Assembly (NCBI GenBank): GCA_963833985.1 | Contig: CAWIAD010000002.1 | Coordinates: forward strand, 1,024,001 to 1,088,000 | Direction: 5' to 3' | Source: an uncultured Planctomycetaceae bacterium | GTDB lineage: Bacteria; Planctomycetota; Planctomycetia; Isosphaerales; Isosphaeraceae | Length of the DNA: 64,000 bases | In this document: positions 10,011-21,151 of the stretch, one piece after another | Position numbering within the stretch: the first letter of the stretch is position 1 | Layout of the letters: the number at the start of each line of letters is the position of its first letter | Program-made: the position numbers and the translations under genes | The notes under the pieces: model-generated | What the model saw: only the letters and a program-made list of their open reading frames with translations | Databases searched by the model: none | What the model was told of the DNA's origin: nothing

Positions 10011-10223
10011 CTATTTCCGGCCGCGACGGCCGGTCAGGATCAACACGCCACCGCTCAAGAGCATGAGAGCGCTGGCCATCGAGCCGGGATCAATTTCCGG
10101 CACGGACACCGGCTCAAACGCCCCTGCGCCGGTGCTCAGGCCGGCAACCACCAGCGCACAGCCCAGGGCCATGGAAAGCCCTCTCAGGACCGAACAGAAA
10201 CGACCGCTCAATGTTCCTGTCAT
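10011..10223 (-). CDS. Tiny VPEID-CTERM sorting-signal protein (70 aa)
   Basis: Signal peptide ending AGA, then FEPVS, VPEIDP, TM helix and basic tail RRGRK; GAGAGGGG RBS; adjacent to xrtE. Confidence 0.85.
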   Translation of the reverse strand: MTGTLSGRFCSVLRGLSMALGCALVVAGLSTGAGAFEPVSVPEIDPGSMASALMLLSGGVLILTGRRGRK

Positions 10224-10545
10224 TCGTAACCCCTCTCGGAAGACCAAGCGTTTAGCTCCCAGCCCCGAATCATGCCGATGGAAAGCGCGATCAAGACTCC
10301 GTCGGGAGCAGGAGGCCCGATGCCGTACGTTTTGCGTACCGAGCATGAGTGAGTTGATGTGCCTGGTGTTTTCTCATCTTACGACCGAATCCCTGGGAAA
10401 TCCATGAATTCATGGCCTATGATGGCTAAACTCATCGGCAATCTCGTCGTTGCTGCTTAAAGTAGACATCACGTCGTGATCGGGCGCTCTTACATAAGGG
10501 AAAAGGGCCTACGCTGACCGTGCGCCGCCCATGACGCTCCCAGCA

Positions 10546-10914
10546 CTACCGGAGCGGGGGATAATAGTATCTCGCCAGATATCGGGTGCCTCCACCCATG
10601 TAGTACCAGGACCATCGATCGTTGGGACTGCCGTAAGGCTGGCCCGTAAAGAAAAACTGGTCACCGGGACCGTACGGCACATAGGTTCGCGCCGGGGCAG
10701 ACGCTGAAACGTAATAGCTGTAAGGCGGGGGCTGTCCCTGTCCCGGGGACATTGTGGAGCCAGAACTCGATGGGGTGAAGCCGCTGCCCGCGCTTCGCAT
10801 GCTCACCGCGGAACCCGTCGTCGGGTTTGTCGGACAGCAATCCTGGGCGCTGGACCGGCAGCTCAGGATAGCAAGTCCCACGAGGACCGCAACGCCTGTT
10901 TGTAGCCGCTTCAT
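10546..10914 (-). CDS. Small secreted Tyr/Pro/Gly-rich hypothetical protein
   Basis: RBS GGAGAGGAG; signal peptide MKRLQTGVAVLVGLAILS; aromatic-rich C-terminus. Confidence 0.65.
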   Translation of the reverse strand: MKRLQTGVAVLVGLAILSCRSSAQDCCPTNPTTGSAVSMRSAGSGFTPSSSGSTMSPGQGQPPPYSYYVSASAPARTYVPYGPGDQFFFTGQPYGSPNDRWSWYYMGGGTRYLARYYYPPLR

Positions 10915-11276
10915 CAATTGCTCCTCTCCTGATTGCAATCGCCAGTCGAATTCACGCTTCGCCGCACACGCACGGCAAATCTTTTCCTGAACCGCATCCC
11001 GACATGCCTTCTGCACGAACCAAAGGTTCGACTGGTATATCCTAGCGAATTTGACTGAACTGCGTAAACTGCCCAGCATGGCGATTTCCGATGTGTCCGG
11101 CGTGAACGAGGTGCCGATCGTCCGGCCTTCAACCTGGATGGACGGCCGGCGTGGAGTCACGGGCATGCCATACCCTGGCCGCGCGTGGTTTTCTCTTGGA
11201 CTGGCGTTTAGGATGAGGGTCGCGAAGAGGCTGCGGTGCGTGGCCGTGACGATCTTCCGCCGATGGTGAGGATGGG

Positions 11277-13138
11277 ATGCTGGGACTTGACTCGCGTGGC
11301 CGGTGTCTTCTTGCGGGATGGATCTGGATGCTGATGATCGTGACTTCAGGATCTGCCGAGCCTGCCGAACCCGTCCGCTACCGCCTCCGCTTTCCGGCGC
11401 CCAGACGCACTACGTCGAGGTGGAGGCGCGTCTCCCGGCTGCCGGACGAGCGGACGTTGAGCTCATGATGCCGGTCTGGACCCCCGGTTCGTACCTGGTA
11501 CGCGAGTACGCGCGTCATCTCGAGGACTTGCGGGCGGTGGCCCGTGGCGGCAAGACGCTCGATGTCGCGCGCGTCAACAAGAACCGCTGGCGGGTTACTA
11601 CTGATGGGGCGGCCGAGGTCATCGTGACGTATCGCATCTACGGGCGAGCCATGTCGGTCCAGGGGAACTGGATCGACGCCTCGTTCGCGCTGCTCAATGG
11701 CGCGGCGACTTTCTTGACGCTGGCCGACCAGGCGCCGCGGCCCCACGAGGTGTCGCTCGAGTTACCCGCTCCATGGCGAACGAGCGTGACCGGTCTTCCC
11801 CGGGCGGCCGGCGAGGCACCCCACCACTACGTTGCGGCCGACTATGACATGCTCGTCGATTGCCCGATCTACGCGGGCGATCCCGCCATTTACGAGTTTC
11901 AGATCGACGACATACCGCATTTCCTGGTCAACGAGGGCGAGGGAGGCGTGTGGGACGGACCGCGCTCGGCGCGCGATGTCCAGGCGATCGTCCGCGCCCA
12001 GAAGGCGTTCTGGGGCTTCTTGCCGTACGAGAAATACGTCTTCTTCAATCTCCTGACCGAGAGCGGAGGAGGGCTGGAGCACAAGAACTCGACGGTCTTG
12101 ATGGCCAGCCGCTGGGCCACCCGCACCCGCAATGGCTACCTTTCCTGGCTGAACCTGGTCAGCCACGAGTTCTTCCACACCTGGAACGTCAAGCGGCTGC
12201 GGCCCGCCGAGCTGGGACCGTTCGATTACGAGAACGAGACGTACACCACCAGCCTGTGGATCGCGGAGGGAATTACCAGCTATTACGACCGGCTGCTGGT
12301 GCGCCGCGCGGGGCTTTGCAGCGTCGAGGAATACCTGGCGGGCGACCCTCCCGCGCCTGGTGCCGATTCCGAGAAGAGCACCAACGACATCGAGCGGCTA
12401 CAGACCACGCCCGGCCGGCTGGTCCAGCCCCTGGAGGCCTCGTCCTTCGACGCCTGGATCAAGTTCTACCGCCGCGATGAGAATACGCCCAACAGCGGCA
12501 TCAGCTATTACGTCAAGGGCGCGGTGGTCGCTTTCCTGCTCGACGCCAGGATCCGCAAGGCAACCGCAGGCGCGAAGAGCCTGGACGATGTGATGCGGCT
12601 GGCTTACAGCCGCTACTCCGGTACCCGCGGATTCACTGCCGCCCAGTTCCGTACGGCCGCTTCCGAGGTGGCCGGGCTCGATCTTTCCTCCTGGTTCCAC
12701 AAGGCGCTCGAGACGACCGAGGAGCTGGATTATACCGAAGCGCTCGACTGGCTGGGCTTGCGCTTCGCCAGGGATGACAAGAAGAAAGACGCGAACAAGC
12801 CACCAAAGGCCTGGCTGGGTCTGGTGACCAGGAACGAGGATGGACGGCTGGTGGTCAGCCAGGTGAAGCGCGGCACCCCCGGGTACGCGGCCGGCTGCAA
12901 CGTGGGCGACGAGATCCTGGCGATTGGTGATGACCGCGTCCACGCCGATGGCTGGAACCGGCGGCTGGAATTCTACCAGCCCGGGGAGAAGGTCTCCCTG
13001 CTCATCTCGCGGCGCGATCGGCTGCGACGGCTGGAGGCCACCTTCGGGCAGGAACCCGCCCGAGAGTGGACGCTGGAGGTCCGTCCCGAAGCCACGGACG
13101 CTCAGAAAGCCGCGCGCAAAGCGTGGCTGGGCGAATAG
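11277..13138 (+). CDS. M61 family glycyl aminopeptidase with PDZ domain; frameshift near 11400
   Basis: MPVWTPGSY, GGGLEH, SHEFFHTWN, WIAEG, SYYVKG and a C-terminal PDZ. The signal peptide lies in the upstream frame. Confidence 0.9.
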
Positions 13139-13186
13139 CCAGAAACGGCGACGGACTCAGTCCGGCTGGCATTTCCTGGCGCGAAG

Positions 13187-14005
13187 TCAGCCTTGCTTGC
13201 GCAGCAGTGGTAGCGGTACATAATAGGTGAGGTAGCGCCGGCCGTCAGAGAAGGGCTCGCCGCGGGGGCTTTCGATCAGCACCGTGGCGCGGCGGGTGAT
13301 GCGGTTGACGCGGCCGTGATAGGTCGAGCCGTCGAGATCGAAGCTGACCTGGTCGCCCACCCGGACGTCGAAGGCAACGGCAGCCTGCTCGCGGGGTGTG
13401 ACCAGGTCGTGCGAGACGCCCTCGTGGGCGAAGATCCGCCGCGACAGGGCATGGAAATTCTCGGCCGAGCAGCTTGATCGGCCCCAGCCCAGGAACTCGG
13501 CGAGGTGCAACAGCTCGTGTTCGAAGATGCGCTGCAAGGCTTCGAGTCGGTCATGGCAGAGCAACCCGCCGACGATCACGTCGCGCTCCACGTTCTGGAA
13601 CGTACTGAACAGGAGTGTGGTGGACACCGAGATCTCGTACTCCACGCGGTGGTTCGTCCTGCCGTCGAGCCGGACCTTCCGAACCTGCCGCATGGTCTGA
13701 CCGGCGGCGCGGGTGAGCCTGCGTGAGAGCCGGAAGCCCATGGGATGGGCCCGGTCCTCCATGAGCATCTCGCCCAGCAGGCCGCGGAAGAATTCCCGGT
13801 CATAGAGTGCGAAGAGGCGCTCGAGGTCATCGCTGCCGATGACCGTGAAGTTGCCGGTGCGGATCTGGGCGGAGTGCTCCAACATGGCCTCGTACACCCG
13901 CCTGCTGCGGGCCAAGACCTCCGGCGCTGGGAACAGCAGCGACGCGAGCTTGGCCTGGCGTTCCCGCCCCGGTCCCGGGGCATCGATCGACATCACGTGA
14001 TTCAT
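13187..14005 (-). CDS. SprT-like zinc-motif protein
   Basis: RLTRAAGQT and HELLHL motifs; KOW-like C-terminus (VRVGDQVSF). Confidence 0.65.
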   Translation of the reverse strand: MNHVMSIDAPGPGRERQAKLASLLFPAPEVLARSRRVYEAMLEHSAQIRTGNFTVIGSDDLERLFALYDREFFRGLLGEMLMEDRAHPMGFRLSRRLTRAAGQTMRQVRKVRLDGRTNHRVEYEISVSTTLLFSTFQNVERDVIVGGLLCHDRLEALQRIFEHELLHLAEFLGWGRSSCSAENFHALSRRIFAHEGVSHDLVTPREQAAVAFDVRVGDQVSFDLDGSTYHGRVNRITRRATVLIESPRGEPFSDGRRYLTYYVPLPLLRKQG

Positions 14006-14011
14006 CCGTCA

Positions 14012-15088
14012 TCACCTTGCGACGCCCCCCCGGACACCTGGCGTCAGGTCGTACAGGAAGATGCCGTATCCCACACCGGCGGCGTCGCGGGACCGCGCCA
14101 TCTGAAAGGCCATGAAACGACCGTCGTCGCTGACCACGGGGTTGGAGGCCTTGTACCCCGGATAACGGGTGAACGCGGTGAGGCGCTCGGAGCGTCCCGT
14201 CCCGTCGAGAGCCAGCTTCCAGAGGTCCACGTACCCGGCGCCCGCCTTGCCGGCGGGGTGGTCGCGGTCCGACTCGACGCAGGTGAACCGGCCGTCCGGG
14301 AAGATCCCCTCGGGCTCATCATACTGGCCGGCAGCCACGGAATAATTCGTGACCTGGCCGGTCGCCAGCTCGATGCCGCAGACCTCCGTGCCCTGGTAGC
14401 CGTACGCACTGAAGGTGAGCTCGCGTTCTTCCGGAGGGCGGAAGTTCTGGGCTTCGAGCGTGCATCGAAACGGCAAGGTCCGGCTGTCGAGAACCAGCCG
14501 GCGGTTCGCCAGCCGAAAAGTCTTGCCATCATCCTGGATGTCGGCCTCGTAGATCCGCGAGCTGCCCGCGGGCATCTCCGCCGGGTACTGGGCACTAACG
14601 TGTGCCCACGCGATGTGCATACGCTTGCGCGAGACCGCAGGGCCCTCGGAGCATTTGGTGCCCAGGGGGATGGGGGGCTCGTTGCCTCCCTTCCTCAGCA
14701 CCGACAGAAAGCACTGCACGCGAGCATCGCCCGGATGCTCCGGATCAAACTTCAATGGTCCAGACAGCAGGACGTCGCCACTGGCCAGGTAGAGCGCCCG
14801 GGTGTAGCCATGATGCGGGTAGAAGCCGGTCAGGAGGCGAGGCACACGCGTCTTGATCTCGACCTCGTAAACATCGCCGAAGGTCTTCTCGACGAACAGC
14901 ACGCGCTGGCCGTCGTGCGAGAAATCGGCCCGTTCTCCGAAGCGCGTCAGCCGCGTGATGTGAGATGGCAGCTCGTGGTCCGGAGATCGTTCCGCGGTTC
15001 CCGGCGGCTCGGCTCCGTGGGCGGGCATGTGCACAAGGGCGGCGAGTACGAAAGCGATCACGCAAGGCATCCACGTGTTCATTTCCAT
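14012..15088 (-). CDS. Secreted TolB-like/PD40 beta-propeller protein
   Basis: Signal peptide; FSHDG, FPDG and VSDDG propeller motifs. Confidence 0.7.
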   Translation of the reverse strand: MEMNTWMPCVIAFVLAALVHMPAHGAEPPGTAERSPDHELPSHITRLTRFGERADFSHDGQRVLFVEKTFGDVYEVEIKTRVPRLLTGFYPHHGYTRALYLASGDVLLSGPLKFDPEHPGDARVQCFLSVLRKGGNEPPIPLGTKCSEGPAVSRKRMHIAWAHVSAQYPAEMPAGSSRIYEADIQDDGKTFRLANRRLVLDSRTLPFRCTLEAQNFRPPEERELTFSAYGYQGTEVCGIELATGQVTNYSVAAGQYDEPEGIFPDGRFTCVESDRDHPAGKAGAGYVDLWKLALDGTGRSERLTAFTRYPGYKASNPVVSDDGRFMAFQMARSRDAAGVGYGIFLYDLTPGVRGGVAR

Positions 15089-15397
15089 GAACCTTTCCAG
15101 GTCGGTTCGACCCGATGCCCGAATCTAGCATGACGGCCAATGCGATTTCCAGAACGCAGTGCCCGTACGTCCCATCAGAGGCAGAGTCCCGGACTCTTGA
15201 AGCGCGGAACAGTCCCGGTGGCCCCGGTCGGGCTGGATCACCGGGTCGCCGCACGGCGCGGGGAACCATCAGGGTCGGCCCAGTGGAACGCCCCAGGGAA
15301 TCACGGCGCGGGCCGCACCGATGCGGGACCAGGCTCCAGATGGCCCACGCGGACGCGCACGGCGTGAGCGGCGAATCCGCGTCTCGGCCATTCCGGG

Positions 15398-16621
15398 TCA
15401 TTCCCCTGCGCCGGGCCTGGGCATCATCTGGATGCAGACCGGCATGGGGATCTGCAAGAGGTCGCCTACCTGCGCCAGGGCACCGCTTGCGGGGTCGATG
15501 CGGAAGACAGCGATCGAGTCGGAGTCTTGATTCTCGGCCAGAAGGTAAGAGCCGCTCGGGTCCATCGCGAAGTTGCGCGGGTTCTTCCCCAGCGTGCGTT
15601 GATGGCCCGCCGCCGTGAGCTTGCCGGTGGCCGCGTCGATCGTGAAGATCGCGATGCTGTCATGGCCCCGGTTCGAGCCGTAGAGGAACTTGCCCGAGGG
15701 ATGCACGTGCACGTCGGCGCAGTAGCTCTTGCCGCTGAAGCCCGCCGGCAACGTGGAGATTGACTGGAGCACGCTCAACGTGCCCCTGGTCGCATCGTAC
15801 GCGAAGGCAGTCACCGTGTTGGCGAGCTCATTGATCACGTATCCGTAGCGGCCGTCGGGATGAAACGCGAAGTGCCGCGGGCCAGACCCCGGAGCGACGG
15901 TGGCGAACCGGGGTTCGCTGGGTGCGAGCACTCCCTCGCCGGCGTCAAACCTGTACACGAAGACCCGGTCCAGACCGAGGTCCGCCACGATGGCGAACCG
16001 GTTGGCGGAGTCGAGATTGATCGAATGCGCGTGCGGCCCTTCCTGCCGGCCCGCGTCGATGCTCTTGCCGTCGTGCTGGAGGAACGACGAGGCCGGCTTC
16101 AAGGATCCGTCGGCCTGGATCGGCAGGCAGGCCACGCTGCCACTGCCGTAATTGGCCACCAGGACGTTCTTGCCGGTCTGGTCCACGGTCAGGTGGCACG
16201 GTCCGCTGCCCATGGAAGACTGCTGGTTGAGGAGAGTCAGCATCCCGCTGGACGCGTCGATCGCCAGCGCGCTCACGCCGCCCCCTTTCTTGCCTTGGAA
16301 CCGGTCGAGCTCGTTGACCGCGTAGAGGAACTTGCGGCCGGGATGGATGGCCAGGAACGAGGGGTCGGGCAGCCTGGCGGCGGCACCCCTGGACGTAAGA
16401 CGGCCCGAGGCCAGGTCGAGCTCCAGCAGGTAAACCCCCGCGCTGGGCGTCTTGCCGTGGGTGTACGTGCCCACATAAAGCCACATCGTCCCGGAGGCTG
16501 CCGGTTCGGGTGCCATGTCGTTCCCCTGGGCTGGGGTTGTGCTCGAGAACGCCAGCGCGGTCAGGACCAGCAAGACCGAAGGCAGGACCGCGCGGCTCTT
16601 GTCATCGCGTGTTGTTTTCAT
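15398..16621 (-). CDS. pgl: Lactonase family protein (6-phosphogluconolactonase/YbhE-like)
   Basis: LYVGTYT, PCH, VANYGSG, PHAH, GPRH, SNRGHDSI, PRNF. Confidence 0.88.
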   Translation of the reverse strand: MKTTRDDKSRAVLPSVLLVLTALAFSSTTPAQGNDMAPEPAASGTMWLYVGTYTHGKTPSAGVYLLELDLASGRLTSRGAAARLPDPSFLAIHPGRKFLYAVNELDRFQGKKGGGVSALAIDASSGMLTLLNQQSSMGSGPCHLTVDQTGKNVLVANYGSGSVACLPIQADGSLKPASSFLQHDGKSIDAGRQEGPHAHSINLDSANRFAIVADLGLDRVFVYRFDAGEGVLAPSEPRFATVAPGSGPRHFAFHPDGRYGYVINELANTVTAFAYDATRGTLSVLQSISTLPAGFSGKSYCADVHVHPSGKFLYGSNRGHDSIAIFTIDAATGKLTAAGHQRTLGKNPRNFAMDPSGSYLLAENQDSDSIAVFRIDPASGALAQVGDLLQIPMPVCIQMMPRPGAGE

Positions 16622-16647
16622 GATCACTCTCCAGGGCCTGAAGCGAA

Positions 16648-18765
16648 TCACGGGTTTCCGGTCCTGACCTGGTACGCCCGTGCGTGAATGGCCCGCGCGG
16701 CCGCGACGAGCTCGGGATACGGCGTGTCGGTGACGGTCAAGAAGCCGATGTTGTAGTTCTCGCCGTCCCAGGCCCGTCCGGTCAAGGGTTCGTCGATGTA
16801 CTGGAACCAGTGGCAGCCCACGAGCGCGGGGTTTTTCAGAACGCTGGAGACATAATCGGCGTAAATCGCCGCACGTTCGTGCTGATCGGCCGCCGAGACC
16901 AGGCCGGGGTGAAACATGCCGCGATCCAGCGCCCCGACGTGGAACTCGCCGATGATCACGGGCCGGCCCAGGTCCTTGAACAACGACCACTTGCCCGGAT
17001 CGACGCGGCGGTCGTAGATGTTGAAGCTCACGACGTCGCAGAACTCGGCCGAAGCCGCGACGGCCTCCTCGGTCCGCCAGGCGAACCGGCAGCCCAGGTA
17101 GAGGTGATCGGGATCGGCGGCCTTGAGGCGGTCGCGCACCGTCCTGAAGTAGGTGCGGGCGAATTCCTTGACGAACGCGCCCAGGTCGGCTTGCAGCGCG
17201 GCTGTCCATGCCGATTGCCGTCCGCCTGGCTGCCACGCGGCCTCGAGCGTGGACCAGCCGGAGAATTGCGTCTGCCAGGCGTCATTGAGCTTGCCGATCG
17301 AGGTGTATTTTTTCTGGAGCTGGTCCAGGAGGGCGCGCTTGGCGGGCGAGCTCGCCGCGGGCAAGTTGAGTGCGCCCAGGGCCAGGCCGTAGCGCCCGTT
17401 CTGCTCACCGAAGCTCCCCCAGCTCAGCTCGTTATCCACGAAGTAGCCCACGCACCAGGGATCTCCCTTGCACCACTGCGCGACCCCGCGGACGCTCCGG
17501 TCCACGTCCTCCGCGAAGCGGGGATCGAATGGGTCGTGCATCTTGCTCCAGTAGTCGGATCCGCTGCTCACGCGCGCATGGCTGCCGCCGATGGAGACGG
17601 TGGCCACGTAGGGAACCTGGCGGGCGCGCCCGACGGGTGTGTTCGACCAGTTGCCGATGGTGTTGAATCCCCAGGATTTCAGGCGGTTCAGGGTGGTGTC
17701 GCGCCAGCGCGTGAGGTACTCGGGGCCGTACGTCCGCTCCAGGTTGGCCGCGTAGAAATTGAACGTCCGGCCTTCCTTGACGGGGCCGGAATGCATGCCG
17801 CGCACCGTGCCGAAGTGCCGAGCCAGGGGGTCGCCGGGGCCGGGCAAGCCCGTGAACATCGACTCGCGTCCGGTGAGGATGGTCGACTCATCGGGCGTGA
17901 CGACGTCCACGCCCAGCGAGAAGAAGAGCGCGCCGTCGGGATCGACGAGCCACCACTTGCCGTTCTGCTGTACGGTGCGGAAGAAGCCCGCGGCCTCGAG
18001 CCTGGGGCCGTCGCGCCAGCCGCCGAAGCGGTCGCGATCGGCAGGTGCGGGGTGGGCCTTCAGGTCGGCGGCCTCGAGCTCGTGCCGATGGACCATGTCC
18101 GATTCGGACAGGACCTTCCCGGGCCAGTCGGCGCTGGCGTACTGCCCGAGCGCATCGACGATCCCCTCCAGCGGCCGCGCCGGCGCCAGTGCGGCCTGTA
18201 CGATCTCCAGCCGGCAGGGACGATCGGGCCGGTGCACGAAGAGCTGGAACGCCACGATATGGCCCAGATTGAACGATCCCTGACCGGCCGCGCTCAGCCC
18301 CCGGGTGCCGGGATACGGGGGCAACCCGCGCATCCCCAGGGCCATGGGGTCCGCCTTCGAGAGCGGAATGGACAGGGTGGTTGACTCGCCCGGATTGAGC
18401 CTTGTCTGGGCGGTCCGGCAATCGCGGCTGCCATCGGACGAGATGTCATCGTCGATGCGGATGCCCAGCTCGAGCGCGTGGCGTTCCGGATTACGTACGG
18501 TGAGCAGCAAGGTTCCGTGATCGTGCCAGTCCCACGCCTGGCCCTCGGGTGCTGCGAGCTTCACGTTGGGCCATTCCGCGCGGTCGAACGTGACGCGGAT
18601 AACGCCGGATCTTCCTGGCAGATGCTCAACCCTGGCCGCGAAGCCAGTGAGCGAGCGTAGATCCAGGGGGCTGGTCTTGAGGTCGGCTCCCGGCGACTTC
18701 GCCGAGGCAAGGCTCGTTCCCAGAAGCGCCCAGGTGGCGACCGCGATGAACGATGGACGACGCAT
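16648..18765 (-). CDS. GH50-like glycoside hydrolase (beta-agarase family)
   Basis: VDALGQYASADWPGK, WWLVDPDG, WGFNTIGNWS, FVDNELSW, IIGEFH, HWFQYIDEP, GENYNIG. Confidence 0.85.
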   Translation of the reverse strand: MRRPSFIAVATWALLGTSLASAKSPGADLKTSPLDLRSLTGFAARVEHLPGRSGVIRVTFDRAEWPNVKLAAPEGQAWDWHDHGTLLLTVRNPERHALELGIRIDDDISSDGSRDCRTAQTRLNPGESTTLSIPLSKADPMALGMRGLPPYPGTRGLSAAGQGSFNLGHIVAFQLFVHRPDRPCRLEIVQAALAPARPLEGIVDALGQYASADWPGKVLSESDMVHRHELEAADLKAHPAPADRDRFGGWRDGPRLEAAGFFRTVQQNGKWWLVDPDGALFFSLGVDVVTPDESTILTGRESMFTGLPGPGDPLARHFGTVRGMHSGPVKEGRTFNFYAANLERTYGPEYLTRWRDTTLNRLKSWGFNTIGNWSNTPVGRARQVPYVATVSIGGSHARVSSGSDYWSKMHDPFDPRFAEDVDRSVRGVAQWCKGDPWCVGYFVDNELSWGSFGEQNGRYGLALGALNLPAASSPAKRALLDQLQKKYTSIGKLNDAWQTQFSGWSTLEAAWQPGGRQSAWTAALQADLGAFVKEFARTYFRTVRDRLKAADPDHLYLGCRFAWRTEEAVAASAEFCDVVSFNIYDRRVDPGKWSLFKDLGRPVIIGEFHVGALDRGMFHPGLVSAADQHERAAIYADYVSSVLKNPALVGCHWFQYIDEPLTGRAWDGENYNIGFLTVTDTPYPELVAAARAIHARAYQVRTGNP

Positions 18766-19079
18766 GGTCCATTCCTTTCCAGCATGACGAGAGGGGGGAG
18801 GGTCTCGCTGAGCGAGCCAGATCGCCGGGCACGTGCACCAGGCCCTTTGCCCGCTCGAGGGTGGGTGAGACTCCAGAACTTTCCACGTTCATGATAACCC
18901 GACCCGGAGGGCGATGTGAGAAATCAGGGTCTCCCGAACAGGAATCCGTCCTGCACCCGGCCCTTGCGAGGGCTGGCGGGCTCTGTTTCCATGGAACCAT
19001 GCGCGACGCTTCCCCCGCCGAAGCCGGAACGGCCGCGCTGCGAATCAGGATTCCAGCCGATTCCGAGGGAGTGCCTCTG

Positions 19080-21139
19080 ATGCGATCACACCATGGCAGA
19101 CAGAACGTGCACCCCGGGCTCGTGAGGCTGGCCATTCTCTCCGCCTTCCTGGCACCGGCACCAGTACTCAGGGCCGCGGACGAGACCGTCACCGTCGAGA
19201 GCCTCCTGCACAAGATGACCGACACGCGCTGGCTGGCGGTGCCGCCTGCCGCCGGTGAGCGTACGGTCCAGTTCTCCAGCTATGATCGGGCCAGCCGGCT
19301 GGAGAATGGCACGATGATCCAGCCCTTCGCCAACGGCGACCGCGGGCATTATCTGCGCGTGGAAGACGCGGGCGGGCACAAGGAATGGGTTCTGGCCGAA
19401 TCCCAGGGGCCGGGGTACGTGTCGCGCATCTGGAGTGCCAATCCTGACGGCGAGCTGCGCATCTACATCGACGGTGCTCCTGCCCCCGCGCTGGCGGCCC
19501 CTTTCGCCACGATCACCAACGGGGAGATTGCTCCCTTCGGTGCGCCATTCGGACATGATGCGTCGCGCGGCGCAATCTCTACTTCCCGTTCCCGTTCGCC
19601 CGCTCGATCAAGATCACCACAACGAAGGGAGACCAGTACTTCCAGGTGAGCGTGACGACCTTACCGTCTGGTACCCGGGTCGAGAGCTACAGCCCGGATG
19701 TCCTGAACCGCGCCCGATCCGTGCTGGAGCAGACGCGGCGCGCGCTTTTGAACCCGCAGCCGCGTGCCTCGAAATCGCAGAGCCGGCGCGACTTTCGCTT
19801 CGCGGCTGCCGCGGGTGTGACGGCGGAGTCCGAGCCCGGCTTCTTGCCCGCGGATCGGCCGGGCTCCATCGAGTCGTTGAGCCTGCGGGTCGACTCGCCC
19901 GACCGCGAGGACGCCCTGGCGCGGACGCTGCTCATGATCACGTTCGACAACGCCCGCGAGCCGCAGGTTGCCCTGCCGCTCGGTGAGTTCTTCGGCTCGG
20001 GCCCGGGCCTCAACGCGTTCCAGTCGGCCATTCACGAAGTGCGCAGCGACGGTACCATGGTGGCGTACTGGCACATGCCTTACCACAAATCGGTCAAGAT
20101 CGGGCTGAGGAACTTCACGGGAAAAACCACCTTCTACACGGGCAGCGTCACCTATGATGATACCGAGCCGCCCGCCGGCGCGCTTTACTTCCACGCCCGC
20201 TGGCGCTACCAGGACGGCCTCCAGACGCGCAAGGCCGCCGGCACCCTCGACTGGCCGGCGCTGCGGGTTGCGGGGTCGACCGGCCGGTACGTCGGGCTCT
20301 TGCTGAATGTCTTCAACCCCACGCCCGGCTGGTGGGGCGAGGGCGATGAGAAGATCTACGTCGATGGCGAGAAATTCCCCAGCACCTTCGGCACCGGAAC
20401 CGAGGACTTCTTCGGTTATGCCTGGGGTGATAATCGCCCTTATATGAATGCATTTCATGCCCAGACGCGGTGCGACGGCCCGGGGGCCAAGGGGAACACC
20501 AGCAACATCCGTTACCAGATCCTCGACAGCGTGCCCTTCCACCAGTCGCTGGGGTTCGACATCGAGGTCTGGCACTGGGAAGCCGTGCCCATCCAGTACG
20601 CCACGGCCGCCTTCTTCTACGCCGGCCCGGGTGCGGCCATCGAGCCGGGCATCCCCGACCTGTCCGACCGGAGGGTGCATGCCAGACCGCCGCTGACGCG
20701 CGAACCGAACGCCATCGAGGCCGAAGACCTGAAGGTGCAGGCCGTCACCTCCGGCGAGGTGCCCAACCAGGACATGCTGCCCTTCGGCGACGCCTGGTCC
20801 GGGGGCCGGCAGCTCTGGTGGCTGCCGCGCGATCCGGGAGCAAGGCTGGATCTCGAGTTGCCCGTGGTGGCCGCGGGAACTTATGCCGTCTCGGCGGCGT
20901 TCACGAAGGCAGGCGACTACGGGACGGTGCAGCTTGCCATCGACGGCATGGACCTGGGCGGGCCGATCGACCTCTTCGAGCCAGCCCCCGCCGTGGTCCA
21001 CACGGGGGCCATCTCCCTGGGAACGGTGAGCCTGGGCGCTGGTGCGCATACGCTGAGCATCCGTCTTGCGGGCAAGAACGAACGCAGCAGCAACTCGCTG
21101 GTCGGCATGGACTGGATCAAGCTGGCGCCGCGGCGCTGA
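19080..21139 (+). CDS. DUF2961/GH172-like glycoside hydrolase with C-terminal carbohydrate-binding-like domain; frameshift near 19570
   Basis: QFSSYDR, GPGYVSRIWSANP, then in the next frame NLYFPFPF, WWGEGDEKIYVDG, GTGTEDFFG. Confidence 0.82.
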
Positions 21140-21151
21140 GCCCGCAGCTTC

